Origin: Vicugna vicugna
Taxonomy: Eukaryota
NCBI GenBank assembly: GCA_013265495.1
Contig: MU057640.1
Coordinates: forward strand, 1,125,303 to 1,189,302
DNA length: 64,000 bases
Direction of reading: 5' to 3'
Shown here in pieces: positions 26,135-39,914 of this stretch. The notes below the pieces were generated by a model, which was not told the origin of the DNA, did no database searches, and was given only the letters and a program-made list of their open reading frames with translations. Positions within the stretch are counted from its first letter, which is position 1; every line of letters begins with the position of its first letter. Both the position numbers and the translations under genes were made by a program.

Positions 26135-26614
26135 GAAATTCAGACAGGTCATTTAACTTTTCTGTGTCTAAAAAGACTCATTTCTAAAATAGTGATGTGA
26201 TCACTTTCTGGTCCATATGTCGACAGATGTTAGAACTAGATGCAAAACCTACACAGGTAAGAATGTTCCAGTTACATTCATTGACTATACAGCTGGGGTT
26301 CCTAACATTAAAGGACTGGATTTTCATTCATTACAATAGAGTATAAAATACTTTGCGAGTAGGAGTATTTTAAATTTAGTGGTGGAGAAAAACAAAACCT
26401 TTATGTTACTTATATACACATGTATGTACACACAGTAAACAACTTAAGGACTTTTATTTTAATATTTTAAAACTTTGAATGTTTTTCTGAAAACATTCAA
26501 CTACATTCAATGGAAAGAAAACACATTAATAATTATTTTCCTGCAATGGCTTACAACTAACGAAAGGGGAAAACTGCAAATTGTTATGACTGCGCATTTC
26601 ACAATCTCCAAGAA

Positions 26615-26755
26615 GAGACATGATAGGTTAGTGGTTACAAGCTGGCCTCTGTCATTGGACAGATCTATGTTTGCAATCAGGCTCTACTACTTATTAGCTA
26701 TGTGATCTGGGGCAAGTTACTTCACCTCTCTGTGCCTTTGTTTCTTTATCTGTCA
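26615..26755 (+). mobile_element. MIR SINE
   Basis: ctacttattagctatgtgatctggggcaagttacttcacctctctgtgcct. Confidence 0.85.
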
Positions 26756-27149
26756 CAAACCACAGTCCCAGCATAGAGGAAGCCCTCTGGAAGCCTGGAT
26801 CTCCTACCTGAAACTGACTAGCTACTGGAACCAGGTCAAGCCCCAGACCCTCTGGACCCCAACTGGACATCAGCTATAAACCACAGCATCCTTAGTGTTC
26901 CCTCCACTCCCCACCTAGAACCTCAGAACTTCAAATTCTCTAACTTTTCTTCAAAACCTCACCAGAAGATTCCAAGGCGTCTCTATTCCACCATCACTAC
27001 CTATATCCTGGCTCATCCTCTCTACTCACGACAATGTTCATGCTGAGCTTCTCAAAGAATCACCCAACTGCTAGTCAAGCATCCCTCCCTGTGAAGCAAT
27101 TCCTGTAATACCACCGCCCACCACTAGGTGCCATGCGGCTCAACATTTG

Positions 27150-27545
27150 TTCTTGGAGCAAACACATTGAGCATCCACTTTCACAAAACTCCACACCAAG
27201 CCCTGGAGATATAAAGACAAATCAGACACAGACGCTCTCTCCTTAAAGTGTTCAGCACCCAGGAGGGGGACAAACATGTCCAAAAAAGCAGTACATCGTA
27301 CTGTGCGGGTGCTCAGTTATGATAGTACGGAGCAGGAAGTGGTGGCAACTCTGATCAGAGCTGAAGGATGAACAGGACTCAGGGGGAGGCAGAAGAGGCC
27401 ATTCCAGCCCAGGTCACAACACAAGCATGGACATCTGAGGCCACAGAAATGGTAGACACCCGGGAAGGAAAAAACCATGAAGATGATGATCTCAAGGAGA
27501 TTTAGTAGGAGATAGCCATGTGAGGAGAGTGAGTAACAGGAATGT
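27150..27545 (-). mobile_element. L2 fragment
   Basis: aaacacattgagcatcc...ctggagatataaagacaaat...agagctgaaggatga. Confidence 0.55.
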
Positions 27546-29229
27546 GCACCCATCTGAATCCATACGACTCCATTCACTTGTTTACCAGGGGCCTCCTCTG
27601 CTAGAAAGCCAGTTCTGCCTGGGCAGAGTCTTTGTCGGCGGGGTTCACCCCTCTATTCCTGTTATCTAGAAGGTACTCAAATATTTTTAATGGAGGACAG
27701 AACTGATAAGGTTTCACTAAGATGCAGTGTACTCCTTTCAGAACATTCATCTGGATAACGAGTCATTAAAACTGCTCAAAGAAGGCTCCTTATCACAGAG
27801 ATCTATGAATGGAATCACACATGAAGATTTTCCCCAGGGTTTATTGATATGGGCTGGCCCTGAACCCATGAATCCACTTTTGGAATCCATGAGCAATTTA
27901 TGTAAGAAGGAATATGCGGGATGGTGGAAAGCAGAGTGAGGAGAGACCCTGGGAATAACAGTTGAGCATCTATGACTCAAACTCTGATTAGTAAATCTTC
28001 TGAAAGTCAGGACTGCAATCCACTCCAAACTTACATTGCATTTGTAGCTTCAGTTACAGTAAATGCCAGCTCTTTTTCTTTGTAATGCCAGCCTCTCCAG
28101 GGCATACAAAGCCTCAGGTCCAGCAGACAATGATGCTGAGCATTGCAGGTAGGAAGGACCTCTATGATGTGGAGAAGGAAGGGGCTTAGAAGTCAGACTG
28201 GGAATCACATCTCAGCTCTGGCCACCCCAAGGCTGCTGTGTGGCCTTGGCAATTAATTGACTGCTCCACCCTAAACTTCCAGCTCTTCACCTGGAAACAG
28301 AGAACCCTCTACTTGGCAAGGTTGCTTTTGAAGAGGGAACAGAACAAGTCACACAAATCCCCTAGCACAGAATGAATGTAGCAACTGGCCAGCAGTCTTG
28401 TTTTTGGGCAGTGTTTGGCCAAGTGAAATTCCCAGGCCACCAACATCAGAATCATTGGAGAAATTCTTCCCCACTTCAGTCAGGTATTCTGAGTCGATGC
28501 ATCTGAGATGGAGCCATCAGCAGTTTAACAAGCTTCTCAGGTGATCCTGATGCACAGCTCAGAGGCAGACCTCTACAGTTATACCACAGCGCCCCCAAAC
28601 CAGCGTCACATGCAGCTAAAAGCCCTACACATCATGCCTGCCACTCCTAGTGCCCCGCCTTGAAAACCCTATTCAGAGAAGTATCTTGCAGGAGAGAGAA
28701 CCAAACCCTGCTTGTAATATAGTCTGAATATTTATGCTGCCAAATAAGAATGTCTGTTGATATTATTTCCTCTCCCCCACAGCACATCAAATTCACATTG
28801 TCTGCCTCAGCCCATTACAACCCAATGGATTTTTTTTCTGTCATCAGCAATGTTAAGCACTTCAAAAAAAAAAAATCTACAAGATGTGTGCTAGCTCCAT
28901 AGTCCAAGCTTGCTTATATAGCTCTGACTGAGTGGGCAGGAACCTCAAGGGGGAAGAAGAAAGAGATACAGCTCTAAAGAACAAATAACTTTCTGTTATT
29001 GCAGAGTCTGCCAACTTGATATCTCCTAGGTACTCAAAGTTCAGATGCTCCGTGACAGCTCAAGCGTCTGTTTCAGGTAATGTACCAAAGATCCTAAAAC
29101 AAGGTGCTGGAGCTCAACCCCTAGGGGCCAATTTTGCTGGCGATGTCAGGCACCCAGTATTTTACTGGACTGTAATCCCTGGATCATTTTAGGACTTCAT
29201 GTAGAATTTCCAAGGTTCCCAAAATCTGG

Positions 29230-29410
29230 TCCAAGGATCTGAACCAGACCAGTAGCCTCAGGATCACCTGGGGGAGATTGTAAAGATTCTTGGTTGCCAT
29301 GCTCCAGAAATTCTGATCCCCTAGACAGGCCTAGGGTGGTCCCTGGAGAGTGAATCATTGGAACATTCCCCAGGTGATCTGGAAGCGCAGTCAGGTTTGG
29401 GGACCAGTGG
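29230..29410. mobile_element. MER5-like hAT fossil
   Basis: cagaccagtagcctcaggatcacctggg...ccccaggtgatctg...tttggggaccagtg. Confidence 0.6.
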
Positions 29411-30269
29411 AGCCTGCCTTCTCTTCACCTGACCCCTTCATCCCGCTTCCTGCCCCTTGCTGCCTCCAGTCTACGCAGCCATGCTGAGGTGGGGCTCCTT
29501 TCACTTCCCTGGAATGTAGCCAGAAACTCACCGTGATGGAGAAAGCCAGGGTCCTGGGGTCAAGAACTGGCTCTCAGTCCTGGCCATGCCACTCAAGACC
29601 TGTGACCATGATCATCTCACACCTACGCAGCCTCCCCCAGCTTTCCTTTCCTCATCTATAAATTGAAACAAATGCTAATCACCTGCACCAGTGGTTCTCA
29701 GCCCTGCCTGCTCTTTAGAATCACCAGGGCAGGGCGGCACAGCCGCTGTAACAGGTGGATATTACCATTCCCGCTCTACAGATGAGGAAACTGAAGCTCA
29801 AGAGCACAGGTCACTTGCCAAAGTAAAACAGCTCATCAGCCAAGAAGCTAGAACTCTGATCCAGGACTCACTCCAACACCCACAGACTTTTCAACAGGTC
29901 AGCTTGGAGACATTCTTCAAACTTAGACATTCACTCCAGTTAACCCACACCTTTTGTATTCTCCCTTTCTGCTCCTCACTCTGCCTTCCCTGTCTTCTCT
30001 CCCTGGTTCCATCATTACAATCACCCATGATCACTCCCGTGCAAATATCCTCAACGCCCTCCCCTCCCCCCTTTCTATGTCAGTTTCCTGGCACCCCCAC
30101 CTCCACCACCATGCACTTGGCCTTCCCTCCATAGCAACAGGGGAAGTGTTGCTAAAGGGAAGTCGCTCCATGTTTGCTCCTAATTGGAAGGTGATAGAAC
30201 ACTGCTCCTTACTTGTACCCCACCACCACCCCAACAAGCTCTAGTTTAATAACAGTGGATTACAGCTTA

Positions 30270-31520
30270 AGACACTCACTCTCTGAGGAGTATATAGGGA
30301 AACCTTAAATCAAAAGAGAAGGCAAAAACAAGTACATGAGGAGAATCTGAAGCTTCTAGCAGCTACAACTACAGCAAACACTAAGCACAGCCAAACTCCT
30401 GACCAAATTAAATAAAACCTCATGCTGAAGGCCTGGTTACCTCAGTTCCCATTATCTGATATAACTCATGTTTGGCCTTCAACAAAAAATTATAAGCCAT
30501 GCTAACAGGCAGAGAAAAAACACAATTTAAAGGGACAGTCATGAAAAACAGGCTCAGATATGACACAGGTGTTGAAATGATCAGATAGGAAATTTAAAAT
30601 AACTCTGATTAAACAGGTTTAAGAGTTCTAATGGAAAAAGAGATGGTAAAGAAAGCAGAAAGAAACACTTAAAAAAAAAAAACCTCCTTAAAAAAGGAAA
30701 TGCTGGAAGTCAAAAACACTAACAAATGAGGGCTGCCTTTGACGGGCTCGCTGGTAGATTCTGAACAAGCCAGGGAAATATTCAGTGAGCTTGAGGTGAA
30801 AAGAAACTTCTCAAACTGAAACAAAGAGAGAAAAAAATGTTTAATGGAACAGAATATCGAAAATTGATGGCACAATAGCAAAAGGCATAACATAAGTGTA
30901 ATTGGAGTACTAGAAAGAGAAGAAAGAGAAAGGAGAAGAAGAAATATCTGAAGGAATAATGACTGAGAACCTTCCAAAGTTAATGACATTCAACAAAGCA
31001 CAGATCCAGAAAGATTGGAGATCACCAGGCAGGATACATTAAAACAACACAACACAGAACCCTACGCCTGCACATAGCATATTCAAACTGCAGACGGTCA
31101 AAGGCAAGAGAGAATCTTGAAGGAAACCAGAGGGAAAAAAACCTTACCTGTAGAAGAACATTGGTAAGAATTACAGGGTCCTTCTTTTCAGAAATCATAC
31201 AAGTAAGAGAGTAGTCAAATACTTAAAACGCTGAAAGGAAAGAAAAGGAAAAAACCCACCAACCTAGAAGTCTATATCTAGTGAAATGATCCTTCAGAAG
31301 TGAAGGAAAAGTAAACTTTCTCAGACAATTAAAAATTGAGTACGTTCACCACTAGCTGACTTGCCCTGCAAGAAATGCTAGACGTTAAGGCAGGAAAATT
31401 ATATAGGTCGGAAACTTGGATCTACCAAAAACAAAAAACAAAAAAAGAGCAAGCATCAGAGAAGAAATAAAGGGAAAATCAGATCTTTCATTTTTTTATT
31501 CTTAATTGATCTAGAGAGAA
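30270..31520 (+). mobile_element. Ancient L1 5'UTR/ORF1 remnant
   Basis: ORF1 hallmarks gtaattggagtac, aatgactgagaaccttccaaa, atattcaaactgcag, aacctagaagtctatatc. Confidence 0.85.
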
Positions 31521-31639
31521 AGGAGTAAGAAACATTCTTTTGAACGGTGTTCATGGGGACAAGAAAAAATAGTTTTAAGAAGACTAGCATGCCTCTGCCT
31601 AACAGAGCTCTGGAATAGCCCCTGACAACCAATTAGCTC

Positions 31640-31950
31640 AAGGGTCAGCAAACTAGGACCCATGGGACAGATCTAGCCCGCTGCCTGCTTTGGTACGGTC
31701 TGAGAGCTAAGAATGGTGTTCATATTTTCAGATGGTCGAAAAAAGGTAAAAGAAGAATAATATTTCATGACACATGAAAATTGTATAAAAATCACATTCC
31801 TGCGTCCGTAAATAAACGCCCATTTGTTTGCGTATTGCCTTGGCTGCTTGTCACTACAATGACAGAGCTGATCAGTTGCCACAGACACCATGTGGCCCAC
31901 AAAGCTCAAAGTCTTTAGTATTTGATCCTTTACATAAAAAATTTTCTGTG
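31640..31950. mobile_element. MER58B-like hAT DNA transposon
   Basis: agggtcagcaaact...tgagagctaagaatggt...gtggcccacaaagc. Confidence 0.8.
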
Positions 31951-32929
31951 CTCTGAACAAGCTCAATCTCTCAATTTTTCAGAGGCAGAAACCAAGGCCT
32001 GGGAGATCGAGTTATACACTAATGTCATCTGGCCGGTCAGTGACAGAGCCAGCATTAAAACTCTGGCCTTCAGATCCCAAGTGCATGTCCTCTCACATGA
32101 GAGGACTTGCGTTTTATAAGTATGGGTTCTAAGATCACAGCATCTAATACTACTGACTAATGCGACTGACTCTAGGCACTGCAGAAGTGACGTTTTATTA
32201 TCCCCCTATTTCACATGAAAGATTATACGACTGCTAGAGAAGAAGTAGGAGTGACAGAGAAGCTTTGCTAATTTTTATACACAAGAATGGGATGACTAAG
32301 AGATGAAGAGGATGACATGTTCCCAGAGGACCCAAGATGAAAAGCACTCCTATTGGCTTTTTTTTTTTTTAAAGAATATCAATTTTACCTTTTGGGATTT
32401 TGTTTTTTCTCTCTTTTTTAAAAAATTTTAAGAAGAGGTAAAATCAGTATCTTTAGACTCTACACCTAGGCATTTAAATAGGGCGTCTTCTGTGACTGCA
32501 TAGTGTATATACTTAGAGTCGCAATATTAGGCCTTTCCACTTCTGCAAACAGTAAGACTTCACAAAAGAAAGATCTATTCATAAAGCTCACCAGGCAGAA
32601 ATAATATAGGTCAAAGAAATAACAATTGAATAGGTTCCTGAGGGTCTTTTTTATGGTTTTACTTATATTATGTAGATGGAAGACAAAAATAGTACAGTTA
32701 GAATGTACCGTTCCCTACAGCAAAGGTCTAGCTTCCAACGTAAGAACTCTCAAGAACAACTGGAAAAGTTAGATAAAATTTTAAAGGGAGAGCTCCCAAG
32801 ACAATGAGGACATGTGGGACCAAGATCCAGGAGAAAAGGGACGTGCAGAGGTGAGCAGACAGTCCATGCAACATTGCTTTAAGGTATCTGGTCAGATCCA
32901 ACATCTGTTCATGAACATTTGCTGAGCAA

Positions 32930-35070
32930 ATTTTGAATGTGAGGGAACTTGCTTAATTTGATAAGGAGTCGTTTAAAAACATGTATAGTGACTGAGTCTT
33001 TGAAAACTTTCCCACTGAGACTTAGAATGAAACAAAGATGCCCACTATGACCACTTCTATCCAACGTTGCATTCGCGGTCTCAGCCAATGCAACAGGCAG
33101 GAGAAAGAAATAAAAGACACTCTCTGTTCACAGATCATTTGAGTGTGTACATGGAAAAATCTATAATAATCTACCTATCAGACCTATTAGGATTAATAAG
33201 TGAATTTAGCAAAGCCACTGGATGGATACAAGGTCAGTATTTAAGAATAATCAATTGTATTTTTATAGACCCTCAACACTCAGAAAATGATGTTTTTAAA
33301 AGATGCCATTTATAACAACATCAAATACCTTCAAATACTGAGAAAATATCTAAAGAAAGGTGTATGATGTGCTTACAACATAGATATGCTAACGGAAATA
33401 AAAGCTCTAAATGAATCAAGGGATATGCCATGTTAATGAACTGCAACAGTCAACATTCTAGAAACATTAATTTACTCCCCATTTGGATTATGGATTTAAT
33501 GTGACCAAAATCTCATCAAAAGATGATTTTTAAGTTTACACAGTAATGCAAATGGCTAAGAATAGCCAGAGTATTCTTAAATTAGAACAAAGCTGGAGAA
33601 CATGTTCTACTGGATATCAAGACTTACTATTAAGCTATATTAATGAAGACAGTGTGGTATCGTAGAAGGACAGGCAAACAGAACAGTGGAAGGGGTAGAA
33701 AGCAGAGAGGGACCCACATATAAGTGATCACATATTTGATTTATAACAAAAATGACATTTCAGAGCAGTGGAAAAGGAGAGACTCTTCAACAAGTAGTGC
33801 TGGGTTAACTGGCTATACATATGGAAAACAAAATAAATATAGATCTCCTTCTTATGCCACAGATTTTTTTATCTAAATATAAAAGGCAAAAAATAGGGCT
33901 TCTATAAAATAAAATGGGAAAACTGCTCCATCACCCTTAGGGTAGGCAAAAATTTCTTAAGCAGGCACAGAAAACATTAACCATAAAGGAAGAGACTGAT
34001 AAAGTGGATTATTAAAAGTAAAGTCTGCTAGTCATCAAAAGAGGGTCAAATGGCAAGCTACAGAATAGGAAGAGACATTTTAAACACATATAACTGGTAG
34101 AAAATGTTTGTATTCAGAATCTGTTTTTTAAAAAAAATCTCCTACAAATCAGTAAGACAAAGATAGACAATCCAACTGAAAAATAGGCAACAAACTTTGT
34201 CTACATACAAAAGATTAAGTGAAAGTGTTAAAAAAATACTTAAAAGTCGCATCATCATTAGTCACCAAAGCAAACTGAAATCACAGGGAGGCACCACCAC
34301 TATGACTCCATAGTGCATATACTTGGAGTCACAATATTACGCCTTTCCACTTCTGGAGACAGTAAGACTTCACAAAAGAAAGATCTATTCATAAAGCTCA
34401 CCAGGCAGAAATAATATTTTCTTATTCTTAATTGATCTAAGAGAAAGGCTAAAATTCAAGTTTGACAAGTGTTGACAAGTATGTGAAGAAACTGAGACAC
34501 TCAGAAACTGGGGATAGGAGTATAAACTGGTACAACCACTTAGGAAATCTCTTTGTAAGGACCTCCCAAAGTTGAACACATGTCCCCATATCCCAGACAT
34601 GGTTTCAGGTGCATATCAAACAGAAATGCGTTCACATGTACACCAAAAAACACACACAAAAAAGTTTATAGCAGCATTATTCATAGTAGCCCTAACTACT
34701 ATGTCCCAAACACCCACCAACAATAGATGAATAAACAGTTGCTGAAATGTTACAGAATGGGTTACTAGACAGCAGTAAAAAAAATAAAGTACTGCCACAT
34801 ATCACGTCATGGATGAATCTCTCAATGTTGTGCATAGAGTTATACATATATGTAGAATTCCATATATATTTCATGTATTTCAAAAATGAGAATGCTGTGG
34901 TGTTAGAAATAAGGTTAGTGGTCACCACTGGGGAAAGGGTGAGGCAGGTCGTACCACTGGGAGGATGCATGAGGTAGTTTCTGGGGGAATGGTAATATTC
35001 TATATCTTAATCTGGGAGTGATAACGTGGATGTATTTACTGTTTGACAATTCATTGAGCAATGATTTGTG
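32930..35070 (+). mobile_element. Old L1 (L1ME-like) ORF2/3'UTR, degenerate
   Basis: acaaagatgcccacta, agtgaatttagcaa, gaacaaagctggag, aagacagtgtggtat, aaactggtacaaccact and 3'UTR. Confidence 0.85.
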
Positions 35071-35599
35071 TACTTTCCTGTAAAGAGGACAAATATTCTG
35101 GGGAAAAGATACAGCAACTCTGATTCTCAAGGTGGCACTCGAGCCATCTCAGGTACAGCCATGCAAAAAGTGATATAATTGCAGGGAGATGGTTGCAGGG
35201 ATGATGGAGGAGCCAGAGGTTGTGTCTGCCACTGCTGTATACATACACAGTCACCCCTAGGCATAGACCAGGAGCAACAATCACTGAATGAGAGAGCTGG
35301 CATAGAAGGGAAACAAGACTGGAAATGTACAACTGGAGGAATCTTTCACATTATCCAAAAGCGTTATTTTGGACAGTGAAAGTCTTCCAACTCTTACAAA
35401 ATATCTCAGAATTTCCAAAGAGTAGTTGAAATACTTTGCACTTGTTCTTAATAACTTAATAACTTTCTACTGCCCAGCAAATAAAAGCAAAAGTCCTTCA
35501 GCCAGGTTAAAAGATTGAGGCAGTTACTATATCCTATTGCCCAATACATACATACATATATATATATGCCCAGTATAAATATATATTAATTTTACTTCT

Positions 35600-36000
35600 T
35601 CTGATAGAGAGAGACGGGCTGTGAACTGTCCTCAGCAGAGCATACCATATCACTGGACACACTGACTAGACCAAGGTAGACATATGACTCTGAACAGGAT
35701 CAGTCAAGGTCCTTCCCTGAGACTGAGATAAGAACACTGGAAGAAAGCAAGCCCCTTCCCTGTGGGACTGGGCTGAAAGGATATGAGGGGAGGGAGGTTA
35801 ATGACCACCTTCTTTTCCTCTAGTGTCGTGGAAGGAGGAAGTCAAGACAACGAAGTCAAGTAAGAAGTGCGGATGGTGTCACTCAAGTCCCTGGATCCAA
35901 CCATGACTGAATTCCCAGATATATGAGTCAGACAAATTTCTTTTTTGATAAATTGGTTTGAGTTTTGTTTTAGTGCAGTTGTTTTGGTTTTTGTCTACAT
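35600..36000 (+). mobile_element. Old MaLR (MLT1I/J-like) LTR
   Basis: gtccctggatccaaccatgactgaa...ttggtttgagttttgttt. Confidence 0.5.
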
Positions 36001-38337
36001 CCAAGAGAGCTCTGAATCACCATTATTATCATCATCATCATCATTATATATGAGGCATTCAAATCTCTCAAGACACAGGCACCAATTTGCATTTCTAGTC
36101 TTGTCAATTACTATTCATCCTCACATAACCAACAACATGACCAATTTCAACCACAGGAAACGCAACCAAGAATTCCCAATAACTTAAAACAACCTACTCC
36201 CAAGTGCACTTTTGATAGCCAACTGGTCATTCCTGTTAAGGATAATTAGAAAATATAAGAAACTAGAGATTAGAAGCAGATTTTCTGGGTTTTTTTTTTT
36301 TAAGTGGGGGAGCGGGATTGTAGGCAGATGGCAGGCTGGGGAAGTGGTTTTTGCAGAGAAGCTTTTGGAAGCTAAAGGAAGCCAAAGAAACGACAGCATA
36401 TGCTTTGGCATGAAGCTCAGTACCCTATGCGTTGGGGTGAGACATCTGAGAACTTCCCAATCAGTCATGCCAAGCAGTTAAATAAAGTTCATCCTAAGAT
36501 GGATCCACTTTACCCTTGAGCCACAGGAAGATCTGGGAGTCGGCGGCCAGCCTCTCAGTCTGCAAGTCTAAAAGGCACTGAACGTTTGGACGGAGAGCCT
36601 GACATGGTGGGGGGAAATGCCCGTTTGCATGGGAATTGTGCTTTGACTGTAATAAAGCAAAACTACCTACAAGCCTTTCACTGCACAGGAGAGACCTGGA
36701 AAGTAGTGAGAAGTAATGAGAAATGCACTGTTCGGTTATCTCCATTACCAACATAAGGTGAGGAAAATGTCATTCAGTCTACTTTGTTTCCTCATTTTAC
36801 TTTCATTAAACATAAATATTAAGTCAACAGTTTTGCTTACAACCTAGACTTCCCCTATCCCTGTTTCCCCTTAAGTTCTAAGTTCATCAGCACGGACTTC
36901 TCTGCCTGCAAGGTCTTTACTGGCTCGCAGTAGAGGGGTATTAAAAACTCTTTGCACGTGTTGTTACCTCTGTCCTTTTACTTACACTGAAATGCCTCCA
37001 GCACACCTTGGCCATCTCTGTCCCCTGCCACATCTCTACAGACTCCAAATGCATTGGTCCTCCAATGTCCAGTTCATCCTCAGTGAAATCTCCCGGGGGA
37101 AGTAACCCCCCCCATGCCAGGTATACGTGCCTGTCTTGCCACGTTCTGTTTCTCCATCTTCCCCCCACCTCACCCGCCACCACAGAATTTTAAACCTCTT
37201 GAAAACAGGAACCATATCTGATTAAACATCATCTAGAAAAGGGTCTTCAATAGTGGGACCACTGTCTTTGTGGACAAGCAGGACAGGGAGCGAAGAACAG
37301 CAGAGGCCTTGGACCAACCGTGACCTGAGGCAGAAACACTACCCCGCCTCACGCCACCCCCAACCCCAACCAATTGCGGACTAAACCTCAGATTTCCAGC
37401 AACATTCTTTCAGGAATGCCCTCCAAGCATTCACAGCTTCTCAGCCCTACTCTGCACCTGGGGAGAACGCAGATCAATGGCATTAACCTGCTCTGTCTAA
37501 CGTCACATACCCTTGGCTACAGACAGGAACCAGCAGCCAAGCCCCTAAACTACCTGCCATTCTGAAAGGTAATGTGCCTTCCCCCCACCCCCCAAAAAAA
37601 AAAACTTAAATGTAATCAATAAATGTATTCTTTGTGAACGCATCCTTTCTATTTTGACCAGCTGCTGAATCAGTCTGTGTTTTAGGATGTATAGTCAGCA
37701 AAATAATATAATGGCAGCTTCCTGCTTGGTTTGGAATCTAAACACAGTAGCACTTACACAGCAGCCTAAGGGAAAAACACACAGGATGTTTTTTTAAGTT
37801 GTTGTCTTTCTTCTATAGAGGTCATGAGCAGAAAAAAACCTAGTCAGCTCAAACAAGTGTTTTGCTTGGATTGGGCAGTATGGATCCATATATTTTTCTA
37901 ATTGGTACTCGTTGCTAGTGGTTAAAAATGGCTTAAAAATGGATGACGACAGGGCTTTCTGAGCAGCACATACCCTTTGGTTTAACACAGTCCTCACCTG
38001 TCCCTCATGCTCCCAATCCTGAGGTCCAGCACCAGGTGCCACTCAACATCACTGTGGCTGTTTGGCTTTTAGGAAAAAGAAAAGTGTTGTCCGGTACCCG
38101 TGTCTCCATCAAAAACGGGGCAGAGCACCCCAGGTTTCAAGAACACTGGGTATAAATACTTTACTTTCTGGGAATAAAAACTTTCTATGTGTTTTACACA
38201 TAAACAGGGCATGTTTTTCATGGAAAAACACAAATTAAGTTACCACTGTGAAAGAAACCCCCCTTGTTTCACTCATCTGCTTTACTTAACTGGCTCTGTG
38301 TTGGGTTTGCAACCCCTCTTCTAAGGCTTTTTCCTTC

Positions 38338-38610
38338 TTTCATTCATTCCACAAATTGCTCTTAAGCAATTACTAGGAACAAAAATGTGTGACAGATGTT
38401 GAAGCTACAAGACAGAATAAAACCGAGTCCCTGCTCTCAGGGAATGTACATTTTAGTGGATGGAGACAGAGAACAAATAAATACATCTAGTGCAATGTCA
38501 CAGTGATAAACCTCTGAAGACTAGAGCAGATAAAGCAGAAAAAAGAGCACTACAAAGGGGCAGAAGTTACTATTTTTGCTAGAATAGTCTGGGATGACTC
38601 TTGATGTGAA
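38338..38610 (-). mobile_element. L2 3' end
   Basis: ttcattcattcc...gtccctgctctcagggaatgtacattttagtgg. Confidence 0.7.
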
Positions 38611-38984
38611 GATTTTACAATTTTCTTACTCTGAAAGCCAACTACAATTGGTTTAACCACCAATTATTATTATTAACATCTCTCACCTGAAAAGCTTACT
38701 GTTAACCCTCTCCTCACCTATGAAATTTCTGCCTATTTCCCAAAGCCTCTCTCCCAGGTCTGATCATACAATGTTCCCTCTCTGTACTGGGCAGTACTTA
38801 CTGCTTTCATCATCTATTTACTACTTAATCTGACTCGCAAAATTCCATGCATTCTTTTCTAAAACTGTCTCTTAACATCCTTTATTTATCTTCTAATTAT
38901 TTCTATCGTGTCTCCAAAACAACGGAAATGAGCTCAAGGGAAGGGTCTCTTTTATCCCTGACCTTGTGATGTATCAGAGTCCTG

Positions 38985-39120
38985 GGATTTGGGGTCAGAT
39001 AACATCTGAATTTACATCTTGGTTTCTCCACTCAGTAATGATCTGACCCTAGGCAAGTGGCTGAACCTCTTCTTCAGCTTCAGTTTCTTCATCTGTAAAA
39101 TGGGAGTGATACCACCTAAT
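38985..39120 (+). mobile_element. MIR SINE
   Basis: ggcaagtggctgaacctct...cagtttcttcatctgtaaaatggg. Confidence 0.8.
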
Positions 39121-39914
39121 TCTTATTAAACGGTTTTGATCTACAAAAAGCTTTCCAAATGCTGACTTGTATTTTACAAGATCAATCCATCACTATGACA
39201 GATCCATAGCTCTGTAGGATGGGCAACTTTCAGTTTAGGAGACCAATTTTTCTCAAGTATTTATTATGTGTGTTGCCTTTTGATGCAGGCAGGATAAAAT
39301 TATGGTTAAAAACAAAAACAAAATAGACCATAGCCCAGTGGGACAGGGCATTGATGTATAATTACAAACTAGGATGACAGCCTCACTATATCATGAATCA
39401 GGTGGATCTGGCCAGGCAAAATCAAGCAAACATTTAAAATGGGGGTTACAACCATTTGCACATTGCATCCTCACTTGTACCTGTCCATGCACCTATACCC
39501 AGACCAGTCCCCACATCCACACTCGGAAAGGTCCATGCACCCACACCTGGTCCAGTCCACACATCTGGACCAATGTCAGTCCATCCTTCCTTCCATTTTC
39601 AACCACCCAGAGTGGTCACTCTCCAAGTCAAAAAGTCAGCAAATATTTACCAAACCCCTACATGTGCCAAGCACTGGAAGATACACCAAAGAAATCGAGG
39701 AAAACGGCACGGGGCCTTGCCCCAGGCGCGGGTCACAGTCTGGCACAAGAGGTGTCAATACAGCCACAGCCCCGATTTTTCACTTCTCTTTCAACTGGGG
39801 ATTCATGGCCTTTAGGCTCAAGGAAACAGATGCATCTCTGGCTGCCACAAAAGAAGATCATTCTCACACTGCCTTTCCATGTAGAGTTTCAGCCACTTGC
39901 TTTCTTAACTCCAG

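Noticed and set aside
25839..26152. Ser/Pro-rich minus-strand ORFs
   Set aside because: Translation of the low-complexity tract.
36880..36905. REST/RE1-like tcagcacggac
   Set aside because: Spacing and right half-site do not fit the RE1 consensus.
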